Positions 54,258 to 64,000 of a stretch of 64,000 bases of DNA are shown in pieces; the stretch's first letter is position 1, and every line of letters begins with the position of its first letter. The notes under the pieces are model-generated. The model ran no database searches, was not told where the DNA came from, and saw nothing but the letters and a program-made list of their open reading frames with translations. Made by a program: the position numbers and the translations under genes. The stretch spans positions 1,472,001-1,536,000 of the forward strand of contig CAXVYR010000004.1 in the NCBI GenBank assembly GCA_963666975.2, in the 5' to 3' direction. This DNA comes from Terriglobia bacterium (lineage in GTDB: Bacteria; Acidobacteriota; Terriglobia; 2-12-FULL-54-10).

Positions 54258-54764
54258 TCACTTCCCCCCGCCTGCTTTGCGAGAGATCTCGACGAAGCAC
54301 ATGCGGAGTTCGTAGAGGCTGTTGGTCAGCAGCCCTTCTTCTTCCTGTGTCAAGTTGCCTTTTGTTTTTTTCTCCAAAACATGCAGCAGTTCGATTGTCT
54401 CTTGCGCCGCCGCTATATCCGCCTTGGGCTGTTCCTCTCCTGGATTTCCCATCATGCCCAACTGAAACATCGCCGTGGTGGCGAGCGAAAGAATCAAATG
54501 CTGGAAGTTGACCGGGCCGCGCTGCGCGGGAGCGGGCTCGGGACCGGATGGCTCCGGCTGCTTGCCGGAAGCCGGAGGTGGCGAAGAAGGAGGTGAAGGT
54601 GGTGGTGGAGTTGCTTTCTGTGGCGGGACTGGCCGTGGCGGGACTGGCTCGGTGTCGGCGCGAGGCTGTCCGTCGCTGGTGAACAGTCTCCGGTCGGTTA
54701 CCTTGAACTCAGATGCCTCCTCTTCGTTCTCATCTTCTTTTTTTCTCTTATCCGGCATGGTCAA
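54258..54764 (-). CDS. DUF1844 domain protein
   Basis: FKVTDRR N-terminus; F..LILSL...A..QLG...AQETIELL..LEKKTKGNLT.EE..LL...LYELR. Confidence 0.88.
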   Translation of the reverse strand: MTMPDKRKKEDENEEEASEFKVTDRRLFTSDGQPRADTEPVPPRPVPPQKATPPPPSPPSSPPPASGKQPEPSGPEPAPAQRGPVNFQHLILSLATTAMFQLGMMGNPGEEQPKADIAAAQETIELLHVLEKKTKGNLTQEEEGLLTNSLYELRMCFVEISRKAGGGK

Positions 54765-55024
54765 TAGCGCACCTTTCGATTTTCCCGCCTAACGGATTCG
54801 CCCGGCATTTCCGCACAAATTCCCAGCACATATTCCCAGCACAACGGCTGCCCGTTTTTCAAACTGCAAAGTCTCAGTTTACATCCCCCCGGCGAGGACA
54901 GGCAAGCCAGAGGCGGCGCGCTCCAGGCGCAATGCACAAGCATGCATCTCCCCGGCTGGACGATCAGCCCGCACCCGGGCGGAACAGTTCCGGCAGGGAA
55001 TGAAAACTTGTGAAGCGGGGTCTG

Positions 55025-56164
55025 CTAGAGCAGCGTCCGGGAAATGGTCAGACGCTGGGACTCGTTGCCTTCTTCCAGGATTTGCAGCAGCTTGGCCTGG
55101 CGGATTCGCCGCTCCAGGGGAAACCGGTGGAGGTAGCCGGATTCGCCCAGCAACTGGGCGCAATCAATGGTGAGGCGCATCGCCGTATCCGTGGCAAAGC
55201 ACTTGGCCGCCGCTCCGAGCTTGGTCAACTCGCTGCTGCGCTGGTCAAAGGCCGCCGCGGCCCGCACCATCAGGCCGCGCACGGCCTCTACAGCGATGGA
55301 CATATCCGCCAGCTTGAGTTTGGCGCTTTCCGATTCGGCGATTCGTTTTCCGAACTGTTTATGCTCGCGGGCATGGAACACTGCCGTATCAAGCGTTGCC
55401 TGGCACAGGCCCGCGGCGAGGGCAGCCAGCAAAGGACGGCTGCAGTCGGTCATCCGGGTCCGGATGGTAAATCCGTCACCGGCCTGGCCGATCCGCTGGG
55501 ATTCCGGTATCCGGCACTCCTCCAGGGCCAGTCCGCTGGTGGAGAAGCCGTGAGATCCAATCTCTCCGTTGCGCTTGAGAACCGAGAGTCCGGCCGTGCC
55601 CTGCTCGACCAGAAAAACGCTGTTTCCCTGCGTGTGCGAGGAGAGTTCCTTCGCAAAAAGAATGATCCACCGGGATGCCTCCGCGTTGGTGACCAGTTGC
55701 TTGGCGCCGCTCAAGACATACTCACCCTCCTGTTTGCTGGCGCTGGTGCGAAAACCTCCCGGCTCGGGCTCTAACTCCATCGAGGCGAAGGTCGCCCACG
55801 AACGTCCCCAGACAACGTCGGGCAGAAACTTTTCTTTTTGTTCCTCACTTCCCTCGGAGATCAAAGGGACAGCCGCCAGCTGGTTGCTCACCAGAATCAT
55901 GGCCACATTGGCAGAGTAGCGGGCCAGTTCACTGATCAGCAAACAATTAGACACCATGCTGCCGCTGAGGCCGCCATACTCTACAGGAAACGGAAATCCA
56001 ATCACGCCGTTTTCCCGCAGAATATGAAGAATCGTCCAGGGAAAGCCCCACTCTTCGGAGTTCTGCTCCAGCAGTGGACGAATCTGCTCCCGCAACAAGC
56101 TTTCTACGGCGGGGACGAGCACATCGTGGTCATCCGTGGTAGCGAGAAGGGACTTGAGTGACAT
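55025..56164 (-). CDS. Acyl-CoA dehydrogenase family protein (divergent)
   Basis: FPVEYGG, YVLSGAKQLVTNA, REHKQFGKRI, QLLGESGY; FAD and catalytic motifs are degenerate. Confidence 0.85.
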   Translation of the reverse strand: MSLKSLLATTDDHDVLVPAVESLLREQIRPLLEQNSEEWGFPWTILHILRENGVIGFPFPVEYGGLSGSMVSNCLLISELARYSANVAMILVSNQLAAVPLISEGSEEQKEKFLPDVVWGRSWATFASMELEPEPGGFRTSASKQEGEYVLSGAKQLVTNAEASRWIILFAKELSSHTQGNSVFLVEQGTAGLSVLKRNGEIGSHGFSTSGLALEECRIPESQRIGQAGDGFTIRTRMTDCSRPLLAALAAGLCQATLDTAVFHAREHKQFGKRIAESESAKLKLADMSIAVEAVRGLMVRAAAAFDQRSSELTKLGAAAKCFATDTAMRLTIDCAQLLGESGYLHRFPLERRIRQAKLLQILEEGNESQRLTISRTLL

Positions 56165-56488
56165 TTTCCACCTCTCCTCCGGGGATTATACGTCCCGCCA
56201 ATGACCTCTTGCAACGATACGGACGAAACGGCCGGCAGGAACCGGCTTGAGCGAAGCCGATACGAAGAGCTTTATTAGAGGAAGGGGTGTATCTTGAAGA
56301 GGGTGAGGCGAGGGGGGAGCTTCGTTCACGATCATCTGATAACACCGAAATTTCATCCCTGTTCCATTGAATTGGCCTCACCAGGAAAGTTATCCTTAGA
56401 ATCTCCTGGTCGGAGGAGTGCCAAAGATGGAACGGGGGGTGATCTGGCATTGTCCATCCCTTCCGAAGGCTTATTTTACTATAATATA

Positions 56489-57476
56489 GGGGCTGTCCTA
56501 GCTAAGGGTGATTCTGTCTCGATTTGATCCATGTCTTCAATTGGTTAAGCAGTGTCCGGTGGTTACCGCCATTGAAGCGCCATTCGCACTCCTTCAGGAA
56601 GAGGTGAAAACTCTGTTTGGGCACCCCGTTGAAGCGCCGAAGATGCCGCTTTGCCTGGTTCCAGAAGTTCTCGATCCCATTGATGTGGTTCCGTTCGTCG
56701 ACGAACCGTTCCGAGTGGTTGATCCGAACATGGTGGAAGTCCGACACATCCAGAGCATCGTAGCTCGAAAAGCCATCCGTGTAGACGATGCTGTCGGGCT
56801 GGATCAGGCGCTCCATGATCGGCATCAACGTGTCCGTACGGGCATTGGGGATCATCACCGTGTAGACCCTTCCTCCACGCTTCAAAAGCCCGAAAACCGG
56901 GACTTTCCCGCCAGCACCACGACCGCGTTTGCCCTTGCGGCGACCACCGAAGTAACTCTCGTCCACTTCGATTTCGCCGCAAACCGAAGAGGCTTCTGGG
57001 TCTCCTCGGCAATCACCGTGCGAATCCGTGTATAGAACGAAGCTCTCCCGCCAATATGGAGTGCCGTCGATCAACCTCTCCTACTTCGAGGTGGACCCTC
57101 CTCGTTGTGAAACTGATTCCGGAGGAGACCGCACGGCGCTATCCCGCTCAGCACGCATGACCGCGTTCCTGCCCTGACCATAGCCATCGTGCGACCCCAC
57201 CGAACGTAACTCTCGTCCAATCAAGTTCATGACCGGCTTCAACGTGGAGCCGGTGGTGGCTTTCTGGGTCTCCTCGGCAATCACCGTGCGAATCCGTGTA
57301 TAGAACGAAGCGGCCGTGTTCCGATGAACCCCGACAAGCTCAGCCGCCGCCCGTGCCGTCGTCCCGGCAACGAAGTGCTCCACCAACCGATCCCGCTTCG
57401 CCTTGCTCAGCCGACTACGCCGTTCGTACATATCGCCATCCTATCCCTAAGCAATCTGCTTAGCTAGGACAGCCCC
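56489..57476 (-). mobile_element. IS1595 family (IS1016-like) element; transposase 57431->56502 disrupted by a ~215-bp insert flanked by ~50-bp direct repeats
   Basis: 18-bp perfect IRs GGGGCTGTCCTAGCTAAG / CTTAGCTAGGACAGCCCC; EVDESYFG, VYTDG, HINGIENFW, KECEWRFN. Confidence 0.92.
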
Positions 57477-57477
57477 T

Positions 57478-57723
57478 AAGGTATTTAAGGGAAAGGGCTG
57501 CGAGAAGTGCAATCAAAGCGGTTACAAAGGCCGCGTGGGACTCTACGAAGTCATGGAAGTAAACGACGACATCCGGGAGTTGGTCTTGGTGGGCGCTTCG
57601 GCACTTGAGTTGAAAAAGAAGGCTATTGAGTTGGGCATGATCACCCTTCGGCGCAGCGGGCTCACCAAGATCAGCGAAGGAGTTGCCACGCTGGAGGAAG
57701 TGATTCGCGAAACCGTGCTGTAA
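57478..57723 (+). pseudogene. pilB: 3' remnant of pilB, truncated at the IS1595 end
   Basis: KVFKGKGCEKCNQSGYKGRVGLYEVM...GMITLRRSGL.K..EG..TLEEV.RET, directly upstream of pilT-pilC. Confidence 0.88.
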
Positions 57724-57804
57724 GCTTCCCGGCAAGGGGATATCCGTTCAGGTTGATGATGTTATTTCAGGCCGGGGAATGCCTGGTCGGCAAGCGAGGA
57801 GAAG

Positions 57805-58914
57805 ATGGCGGTAACACTCAGTGAGTTGCTCAAGAAAATGCTGGATATGAACGGGTCTGATTTGCACATCACGACCAACAGCCCCCCGCAGATCCGCGTG
57901 GACGGCTCCTTGAATCCCCTGGATATGCCTCCGATGACCCCTCCAGAGACGAAACAGATGGCCTACAGCGTGCTAACCGACGCCCAGAAACACCGTTTCG
58001 AGGAAAACCTGGAGCTGGACTTTAGTTTTGGCATCAAGGGGATGGCGCGCTTCCGCGGCAACGTCTTCAACCAGCGGGGCGCCGTCGGAGCGGTCTTCAG
58101 AATGATCCCATACGAGATCCGTTCGTTTGCTAGCCTGGGACTGCCGCCCGTGGTGGCCAAACTCTGCGAAAAACCCCGGGGATTGGTTCTGGTAACCGGT
58201 CCCACCGGGAGCGGCAAGTCCACCACCCTGGCCGCCATGCTGGACAAGATCAATGCTGAACGCCACGACCACATGATTACCATCGAGGATCCGATCGAGT
58301 ACCTGCATTCGCACAAGAATTGCCTGGTCAACCAAAGAGAGGTTAACTCCGACACGCATTCTTTCTCCAATGCGCTGCGAGCCGCGCTGCGCCAGGACCC
58401 GGACGTGGTGCTCATCGGAGAGATGCGCGACCTGGAAACCATTGAGGCCGCTCTGCGGATTGCGGAAACGGGCCACCTGACCTTCGGCACGCTGCACACC
58501 AATTCCGCCTCCTCCACCATCAACCGAGTTGTGGACGTTTTCCCGGCGCACCAGCAGCCGCAGATCCGGGCGCAATTGTCGCTGGTGCTGGAAGGGATTC
58601 TCTGCCAGGCCTTGCTGGAAAAGGCTTCCGGGCCCGGCCGGGCCATGGCGCTGGAAGTTCTGGTGCCCACCCCCGCCATCCGCAACCTGATCCGGGAGGA
58701 CAAGATTCACCAGCTCTATTCCGCCATGCAGACCGGTCAGGACAAATATGGCATGCAGACGTTCAATCAAGCCCTGGCCACGCTCTACTTCCAAAAACAG
58801 ATCACCCTGCAGACGGCTTTGCTCCGTTCGAGTAATGCCGACGAGCTGCAGGACATGATCAACCGGGGAACAGGGACATTGCAGGGCGCCAGAGCGGGAA
58901 ATGTAAAGAGATGA
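57805..58914 (+). CDS. pilT: Type IV pilus retraction ATPase PilT
   Basis: GSDLHI, GPTGSGKSTT, ALRQDPD, AETGH, AIRNLIRE motif, GMQT. Confidence 0.97.
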   Translation: MAVTLSELLKKMLDMNGSDLHITTNSPPQIRVDGSLNPLDMPPMTPPETKQMAYSVLTDAQKHRFEENLELDFSFGIKGMARFRGNVFNQRGAVGAVFRMIPYEIRSFASLGLPPVVAKLCEKPRGLVLVTGPTGSGKSTTLAAMLDKINAERHDHMITIEDPIEYLHSHKNCLVNQREVNSDTHSFSNALRAALRQDPDVVLIGEMRDLETIEAALRIAETGHLTFGTLHTNSASSTINRVVDVFPAHQQPQIRAQLSLVLEGILCQALLEKASGPGRAMALEVLVPTPAIRNLIREDKIHQLYSAMQTGQDKYGMQTFNQALATLYFQKQITLQTALLRSSNADELQDMINRGTGTLQGARAGNVKR

Positions 58915-59021
58915 GTAAATCGTTACGGCATTTCGCAAACCGGAAAGCGCACTTCAGGCTGGCGGCTCGGAGACGTCCGCTTGCCCCGATTCGGTAAAGG
59001 AACTACTGCGGAGGAAAAACG

Positions 59022-60242
59022 ATGCCTGTTTTTGTTATTGATGGCCGCACTGCAAGGGGAGCCAAAATCTCGAGGGTGGAGCGAGTCGCCGACAGCAAGG
59101 CCGCTCTGAGCGCTCAACTGCGCCGTGAGCGAATTACCCCCACAAAAATCAAGGAAAAAGGGAAAGAGTTCGCCTTTCCCACCTCCATTGGCCGGCAGAA
59201 AGTCACGGCCAAGGAGATGGCCGTTTTCCTTCGCCAGTTCTCCGTCATGATTGATTCGGGGCTGCCGCTGGTGCAGTGTCTGGAGATTCTGGCCGGCAAT
59301 CAGGAAAACGCGACCTTCCAGAAGATCATCACCGATGTCCGTTCTCGTGTGGAGGGCGGCTCCACTCTGGCGAACGCCATGGGTGAGCATCCCAAAGACT
59401 TCGACCATCTGACGGTCAACATGGTGGAGGCCGGTGAAACAGGCGGTATTCTGGACGTCATTTTGCAAAGGCTGGCCCTGTATGTGGAAAAGGCCGTCAA
59501 GTTGAAGGCCGCTGTAAAATCGGCCCTGGTCTATCCCACAGCCGTAGTGAGCGTCGCGATCGTCATCATCACGCTCCTGCTATGGAAAGTGGTTCCCGTC
59601 TTTGTCAATATGTTCACCAGTCTGGGCGTGGACCTGCCGTTGCCCACCCGCATCGTCGTGGCCATAAGTAATTTCATCGGCAGTTGGTTCTTTCTTGGGG
59701 TAGTTATCATTCTAGGGGTGGCTTTTTTCGTGGTCATTCCAGGATTCTACCGGACGGAAAGAGGCCGCTTCGTGATTGACAGCATCATGCTGAAAGTGCC
59801 GGTGCTGGGCATGCTGTTGCGAAAGATCGCAGTGGCTCGCTTCACCCGCACTTTGGGGACGTTGATCACCAGCGGCGTTCCGCTCCTGGAGGCGATGAGC
59901 ATCACGGCCCGCACCAGCGGCAATGCGGTGATCGAGCGCGCCATCATGAAGGTCCGCAAGGCCGTGGAAGAGGGCCGCACCCTCGCCGATCCCCTGAAGG
60001 AAACCGAGGTCTTCCCGAACATGGTCACCCAGATGATTGCCGTCGGCGAGCAGACCGGCGCGATGGACACCATGTTGCAAAAGATCGCCGATTTCTACGA
60101 GGAAGAAGTGGATGTCGCCGTGAAAGATTTGCTGACCCTGCTGGAGCCGATCATCATCGTGTTCCTGGGCGGCACTATCGGCGGCGTGGTGATCTCCATG
60201 TACCTGCCTATGTTCGAGTTGATTGCCAATATGGCTGCATAA
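59022..60242 (+). CDS. pilC: Type IV pilus platform protein PilC
   Basis: RQFSVMIDSGLPL, AGETGGILD, VGEQTG..D.ML.KIADFYEEEVD, MYLPMF. Confidence 0.93.
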   Translation: MPVFVIDGRTARGAKISRVERVADSKAALSAQLRRERITPTKIKEKGKEFAFPTSIGRQKVTAKEMAVFLRQFSVMIDSGLPLVQCLEILAGNQENATFQKIITDVRSRVEGGSTLANAMGEHPKDFDHLTVNMVEAGETGGILDVILQRLALYVEKAVKLKAAVKSALVYPTAVVSVAIVIITLLLWKVVPVFVNMFTSLGVDLPLPTRIVVAISNFIGSWFFLGVVIILGVAFFVVIPGFYRTERGRFVIDSIMLKVPVLGMLLRKIAVARFTRTLGTLITSGVPLLEAMSITARTSGNAVIERAIMKVRKAVEEGRTLADPLKETEVFPNMVTQMIAVGEQTGAMDTMLQKIADFYEEEVDVAVKDLLTLLEPIIIVFLGGTIGGVVISMYLPMFELIANMAA

Positions 60243-60441
60243 ATCGATGGCCGGGTAGAAACCAGCTAAAGGGCTGGTCCAGAGGGCTGGTAAAAATAAA
60301 GGGAGGGTCTCCACGCTACCTGCGAGGAAAGCAGCGCGGGGGTCTCACCCCTGATTTATGCTGAGCTATCACCGGCTGCCTTCTTCCGCTTCTGACCCTT
60401 TCGAGTCTCACAGAGAGGCGTCCTCAAGTTGCTGATTTCCC

Positions 60442-60450
60442 TGCTATAAT
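60442..60450 (+). promoter_or_regulatory. Extended -10 promoter element upstream of panBCD
   Basis: TGCTATAAT about 100 bp upstream of panB. Confidence 0.5.
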
Positions 60451-60548
60451 ACAGTTGCAGCTTAACTTGTGCCCGTAATCTGTATAGAAGCATCCGGTGG
60501 TTTCTCTACCCGGCGGGCGGCGGTCTTTTTAGAAGGCGGAATGTTGCT

Positions 60549-61403
60549 GTGGCAAACGCAAAGCGTGTCACCTCCACTCAGGTGGTGAAAAAGAAGCAGA
60601 AGGCAGAAAAGATCGTCATGATCACTGCCTACGATTATCCGACCGCCTGCCTGGTGGACGAAGCCGGCGTCGACATGGTTTTGGTGGGAGACTCCCTGGG
60701 AATGGTGGTCTTGGGCTATGAAACGACCATCCCGGTGACCCTGGATGAGATGATTCACCACACCAAGGCTGTAGTGCGCGGAGTAAAGCGGGCTCTGGTC
60801 GCCGTGGACTTGCCGTTTCTCACCTATCAGACGGGCCCCGCCGACGCGCTGCGCAGCGCGGGACGCCTGATGCAGGAGGCTGGAGCCACGGCGGTGAAGT
60901 TGGAGGGCGGAGCGAACGTCTATCCCCAGGTCCGGGCGCTGGTGGGCGCGGGAATTCCCGTGGTCGGCCATCTGGGACTTACTCCCCAGTCGATTCACGT
61001 CTTTGGCGGCTACAAGCTCCAGGGGCGGGGCGAAGAAGCGGCCCAGAAGTTGCTAGCCGACGCCAGGGCGCTGGAAGAGGCCGGGGCCTTTTGTCTGGTG
61101 CTGGAATGTATTCCGGAGGAGCTGGCCGCGCGGGTCAGCGGCAGTATCTCCATCCCGACCATCGGAATCGGGGCGGGCGCGCGGTGCGACGGCCAAGTAT
61201 TGGTGCTGCATGACATGCTCGGCATCACCGGCAAGGTCAGGCCGCGCTTTGTAAAACAATATGCACGGCTGGAAGAGACCATCCGCGATGCCGTGGGACA
61301 ATACGCGCAGGAAGTCCGCCAGGGCGAATTCCCAGCTCCCGAGCATAGCTTTGCCCCGGAAGAAGTCACCAGCTCCCCAGTCCCATTCCTGAAAAAGAGA
61401 TGA
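60549..61403 (+). CDS. panB: 3-methyl-2-oxobutanoate hydroxymethyltransferase
   Basis: TAYDY, LVGDSLG, VKLEGG, GHLGLTPQS, TIGIGAG, DGQVLV. Confidence 0.97.
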   Translation: MANAKRVTSTQVVKKKQKAEKIVMITAYDYPTACLVDEAGVDMVLVGDSLGMVVLGYETTIPVTLDEMIHHTKAVVRGVKRALVAVDLPFLTYQTGPADALRSAGRLMQEAGATAVKLEGGANVYPQVRALVGAGIPVVGHLGLTPQSIHVFGGYKLQGRGEEAAQKLLADARALEEAGAFCLVLECIPEELAARVSGSISIPTIGIGAGARCDGQVLVLHDMLGITGKVRPRFVKQYARLEETIRDAVGQYAQEVRQGEFPAPEHSFAPEEVTSSPVPFLKKR

Positions 61404-62266
61404 CGGTCGTCCTTCGCACGATCCCGGAGACCAGGCGCTGGGTCCAAACAGAGCGGACGAGCAACCGCACCCTCGGACTGGTTCCCACCATGGGTTCCTT
61501 TCACGAAGGGCACCTCAGCCTCATCCGCCGGGCGCGCCGGAGTTGTGACCGAACGATAGTCTCCATTTTCGTGAACCCGTTGCAGTTTGGGCCCGGAGAA
61601 GACTACGAAAGCTATCCCAGGGATTTCGACCGCGATCTTTCGCTGGCCACCCAGGAAGGAGTCGAAGCCGTCTTTCATCCGGAAACGGAGGAGATGTACC
61701 CGAACGGGATGGTTACTTCCATTGGCGTGGGAAAACTGGGGGAGGTATTGTGCGGCGCCTCTCGTCCCGGCCACTTTCAGGGGGTCGCGACCGTAGTCGC
61801 CAAGCTGTTTCACATTGTCCAGCCCGACCGCGCCTTTTTTGGACAGAAAGACGCGCAGCAGGCCTTGATTATCAGAGCGATGACTCTGGACCTGAACTGG
61901 CCTCTCCAGATTGAAGTCTGCCCCACGGTGCGGGAACCGGACGGATTGGCATACAGCTCCCGGAACAGATATTTGAACGCGGAGGAGCGTTCCCGCGCCA
62001 CCGTGCTCTATCGTTCCCTGCGGCTGGCGGAGACGCTGATCCACTCCGGCGAGCGGAACGCTGCCGGCGTGGAGCAGCAGATGCAGAAAATGATCTGCGC
62101 CGTGCCGGGAGCTGAGATCGATTATGCGCGGGTGGTGGACCCGGCTACGCTGGACGAGTTGCGGCAAATCCGTGGAGAAGTGCTGGCCGCCGTTGCGGTG
62201 CGTTTTGGAAAGACGCGCCTGATTGATAATTTAATCATCGCGCCGGAGAGGCAAGAAAGTGGATAG
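61400..62266 (+). CDS. panC: Pantoate-beta-alanine ligase
   Basis: [48 protein letters not shown]. Confidence 0.97.
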   Translation: MTVVLRTIPETRRWVQTERTSNRTLGLVPTMGSFHEGHLSLIRRARRSCDRTIVSIFVNPLQFGPGEDYESYPRDFDRDLSLATQEGVEAVFHPETEEMYPNGMVTSIGVGKLGEVLCGASRPGHFQGVATVVAKLFHIVQPDRAFFGQKDAQQALIIRAMTLDLNWPLQIEVCPTVREPDGLAYSSRNRYLNAEERSRATVLYRSLRLAETLIHSGERNAAGVEQQMQKMICAVPGAEIDYARVVDPATLDELRQIRGEVLAAVAVRFGKTRLIDNLIIAPERQESG

Positions 62267-62645
62267 CCGGATGTTGCGGACCATGATGCGAGCCAAGGTG
62301 CACGGCGCGACGGTTACCGGGGTGAACCTCGACTATGTGGGAAGCCTCACGCTGGACAGTAGCATTCTGGAAGAACTCGACATTCTTCCCAATGAGATGG
62401 TTCAGGTTCTCAACCTGAACAACGGCGCGCGTCTGGAAACCTATGTGATTGCCGGGGAGAAGGGCAGCGGCGAGGTGGCTTTGAACGGAGCCGCAGCACG
62501 GCTGGCGCACCCCGGAGACCGAATTCTGATCCTTGCCTATGCCCTGATGAGCGAGGAGGAAGCCCGGACCCACAGGTCGAAGGTAGCCGTTCTGGACGAG
62601 CGCAACCGGATTGTGGAGATTCGCCAGGCGGGCGCGGATGGGTGA
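62259..62645 (+). CDS. panD: Aspartate 1-decarboxylase
   Basis: AKVH.ATVT, YVG|SLT cleavage site, [14 protein letters not shown]. Confidence 0.97.
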   Translation: MDSRMLRTMMRAKVHGATVTGVNLDYVGSLTLDSSILEELDILPNEMVQVLNLNNGARLETYVIAGEKGSGEVALNGAAARLAHPGDRILILAYALMSEEEARTHRSKVAVLDERNRIVEIRQAGADG

Positions 62646-63247
62646 TCATCGTGCGAATTAGCAAAGTCTACACTCGCGGCGGGGACGAGGGGAAAACCAG
62701 CCTGGCTACCGGTGCGCGCATCAGCAAGGCCTCCCGGCGCGTCTCGGCCTACGGCGATGTGGACGAGCTGAATTCCTTCCTCGGCTTGGCGCGCGCGCGG
62801 ATCGCCGATCAAGCGCTGCAGCAATTGGTCGGGCAAATTCAAAACGACCTGTTCGTCGTCGGCGCCGACCTGGCCACTCCCGTTCCCGATCCTGCTCCCG
62901 ACCCGGCTAAAGCCAAACCCGATTCGATGCGCAGGATCAGCCAGAAGGAAGTCGAAAGCCTCGAAAAATCCATAGACCTTTACAACGACTCCCTGCCGCC
63001 CCTGAAAGAATTCATCCTTCCCGCCGGCAACGAAGCAGGCGCGCTGCTGCACGTGGCCCGCGCCGTGGCGCGCCGCGCCGAGCGCGGAGCGGTGAGGCTG
63101 TCGGAAGAAGCCGAGGCAGAAGAGGCGGGACGGATCAACCCGCAGGCGATTACCTACCTCAACCGTCTTTCGGACCTGCTGTTCGTGCTGGCGCGGGTGG
63201 TGAACCGGCAGGGCGGCTCAGCGGAAGTTTTCGCTGAGTTCCATTGA
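62642..63247 (+). CDS. PduO-type cob(I)alamin adenosyltransferase
   Basis: [41 protein letters not shown]. Confidence 0.93.
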   Translation: MIIVRISKVYTRGGDEGKTSLATGARISKASRRVSAYGDVDELNSFLGLARARIADQALQQLVGQIQNDLFVVGADLATPVPDPAPDPAKAKPDSMRRISQKEVESLEKSIDLYNDSLPPLKEFILPAGNEAGALLHVARAVARRAERGAVRLSEEAEAEEAGRINPQAITYLNRLSDLLFVLARVVNRQGGSAEVFAEFH

Positions 63248-63311
63248 CTGGGGCCTGAATAACACAGAGAATTTCTTTGTTTGGGTCTTGGCAGGTCCAG
63301 GGCTGTCGGCG

Positions 63312-64000
63312 TCACCGGGGTGAGTGAGATGCTGATGTCTGTACAGCTTTCTCCGGCAGCGCGGTCGAGGGCGCGAGACCTGCGGCGCGGCGGGCGGCGG
63401 CGCGGTAACGCTTCATGTCCGCATGGGCATAGGTGGCCAGCCGCTCGGCGGCGAGCGACCCTTCGGCGTGCAACGAGGTCACCTCCCAGAAGCCGCCCAG
63501 CTCCGATGCCACCAGGTCCTTGACCAAGTGAATCACCTTGAACCGCTCTTCGGAGGAGACCTTCTGGCTCCCTGCCATATATTTCTCCAGGTCGGCGCGC
63601 GTTTCCGCGTTGTTCCAGTCGCGCTCGGAAGGCACCGTGACGATGATCCCTCCGGCGATGTCCTGCACGGCCTTCACCGCCTGGTGGTAGTTGTCGGCAA
63701 AAAAGAATTTGGAGGCGTTGCCCACCACCGGGTCGGGATAGTACAAGCCGGTCAGCGAATCCGGAACGGCTTTGTAGCAAGCCGCTTCGCTCAGCGCCAG
63801 GATGCTTTCCGCATACATCACCAGCCATGCAATCTTGTCCCGCACGTGGGCCACCCGCTCGATGCCGTTCGCCTCGGCGATTAACTGCGCCGCTCCAGCG
63901 AGCAATTCCGCAAAGGGATACTTATAAGCGGCCGCCGTGACGCGGTGGAAGTTGGCGAACATGCCCGCCAGCGGCCCGGCAAACTGCCACTCGCCTTCCA
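63312..64000 (-). CDS. 4-hydroxyphenylacetate 3-hydroxylase / 4-hydroxybutyryl-CoA dehydratase family protein (C-terminal part; 5' end outside the window)
   Basis: EWQFAG...FANFHR, QDIAGG..VTVPS..D, LHAEGS. Confidence 0.8.
   Translation of the reverse strand, partial: EGEWQFAGPLAGMFANFHRVTAAAYKYPFAELLAGAAQLIAEANGIERVAHVRDKIAWLVMYAESILALSEAACYKAVPDSLTGLYYPDPVVGNASKFFFADNYHQAVKAVQDIAGGIIVTVPSERDWNNAETRADLEKYMAGSQKVSSEERFKVIHLVKDLVASELGGFWEVTSLHAEGSLAAERLATYAHADMKRYRAAARRAAGLAPSTALPEKAVQTSASHSPR

Noticed and set aside
60460-60545. pan RNA motif or riboswitch upstream of panB
   Set aside because: Some pairing potential (gcccg/cgggc), but I cannot match it to the motif by eye; it needs an Infernal/Rfam scan.

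Overview
Bacterial chromosomal window, mostly GC-rich. The gene content (Oar-type TonB receptor, T2SS/T4P-like cluster, merR-tRNA(Pro)-surE, DUF1844-MBL-ribF) suggests an Acidobacteriota-like organism; this is an inference. All family assignments are by eye from motifs; no searches were run. 1-10.8 kb: a secreted protein with a thrombospondin C-terminal (TSP_C)-like domain, missed by the ORF track, lies divergent from a tight four-gene operon. That operon encodes a predicted outer-membrane beta-barrel, a CHASE2 adenylate/guanylate cyclase, a giant FecR/NTF2/(EP)n/CARDB-like protein and a small NTF2-like protein, and is a candidate trans-envelope cNMP signalling system. 11-23.5 kb: a decayed accessory region with a methyltransferase, a Fic protein, a TonB receptor split by IS256, IS630, IS3 and an integrase tail. 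23.5-38.5 kb: a ~15 kb island integrated in tRNA-Pro(CGG). It duplicates the 5' half of the tRNA, has CTGTACCAAAAC arm-like sites at both ends and carries an integrase remnant. Its cargo is a circularly permuted osmoprotectant-binding protein, MscS, a secreted glutaminase, AsnB, MltF and a Tat-Dyp peroxidase / copper radical oxidase / cytochrome c module. 38.8-64 kb: core genes (surE, tRNA-Pro(GGG), lolA, T2SS/T4P-like cluster with hicBA, HAD hydrolase, hbd-like, ribF, ACAD, IS1595-truncated pilB, pilT, pilC, panBCD, pduO-type, HpaB/4HBD family). Many single-base frameshifts and noisy tandem duplications suggest long-read assembly errors, so several split genes may be intact in vivo.
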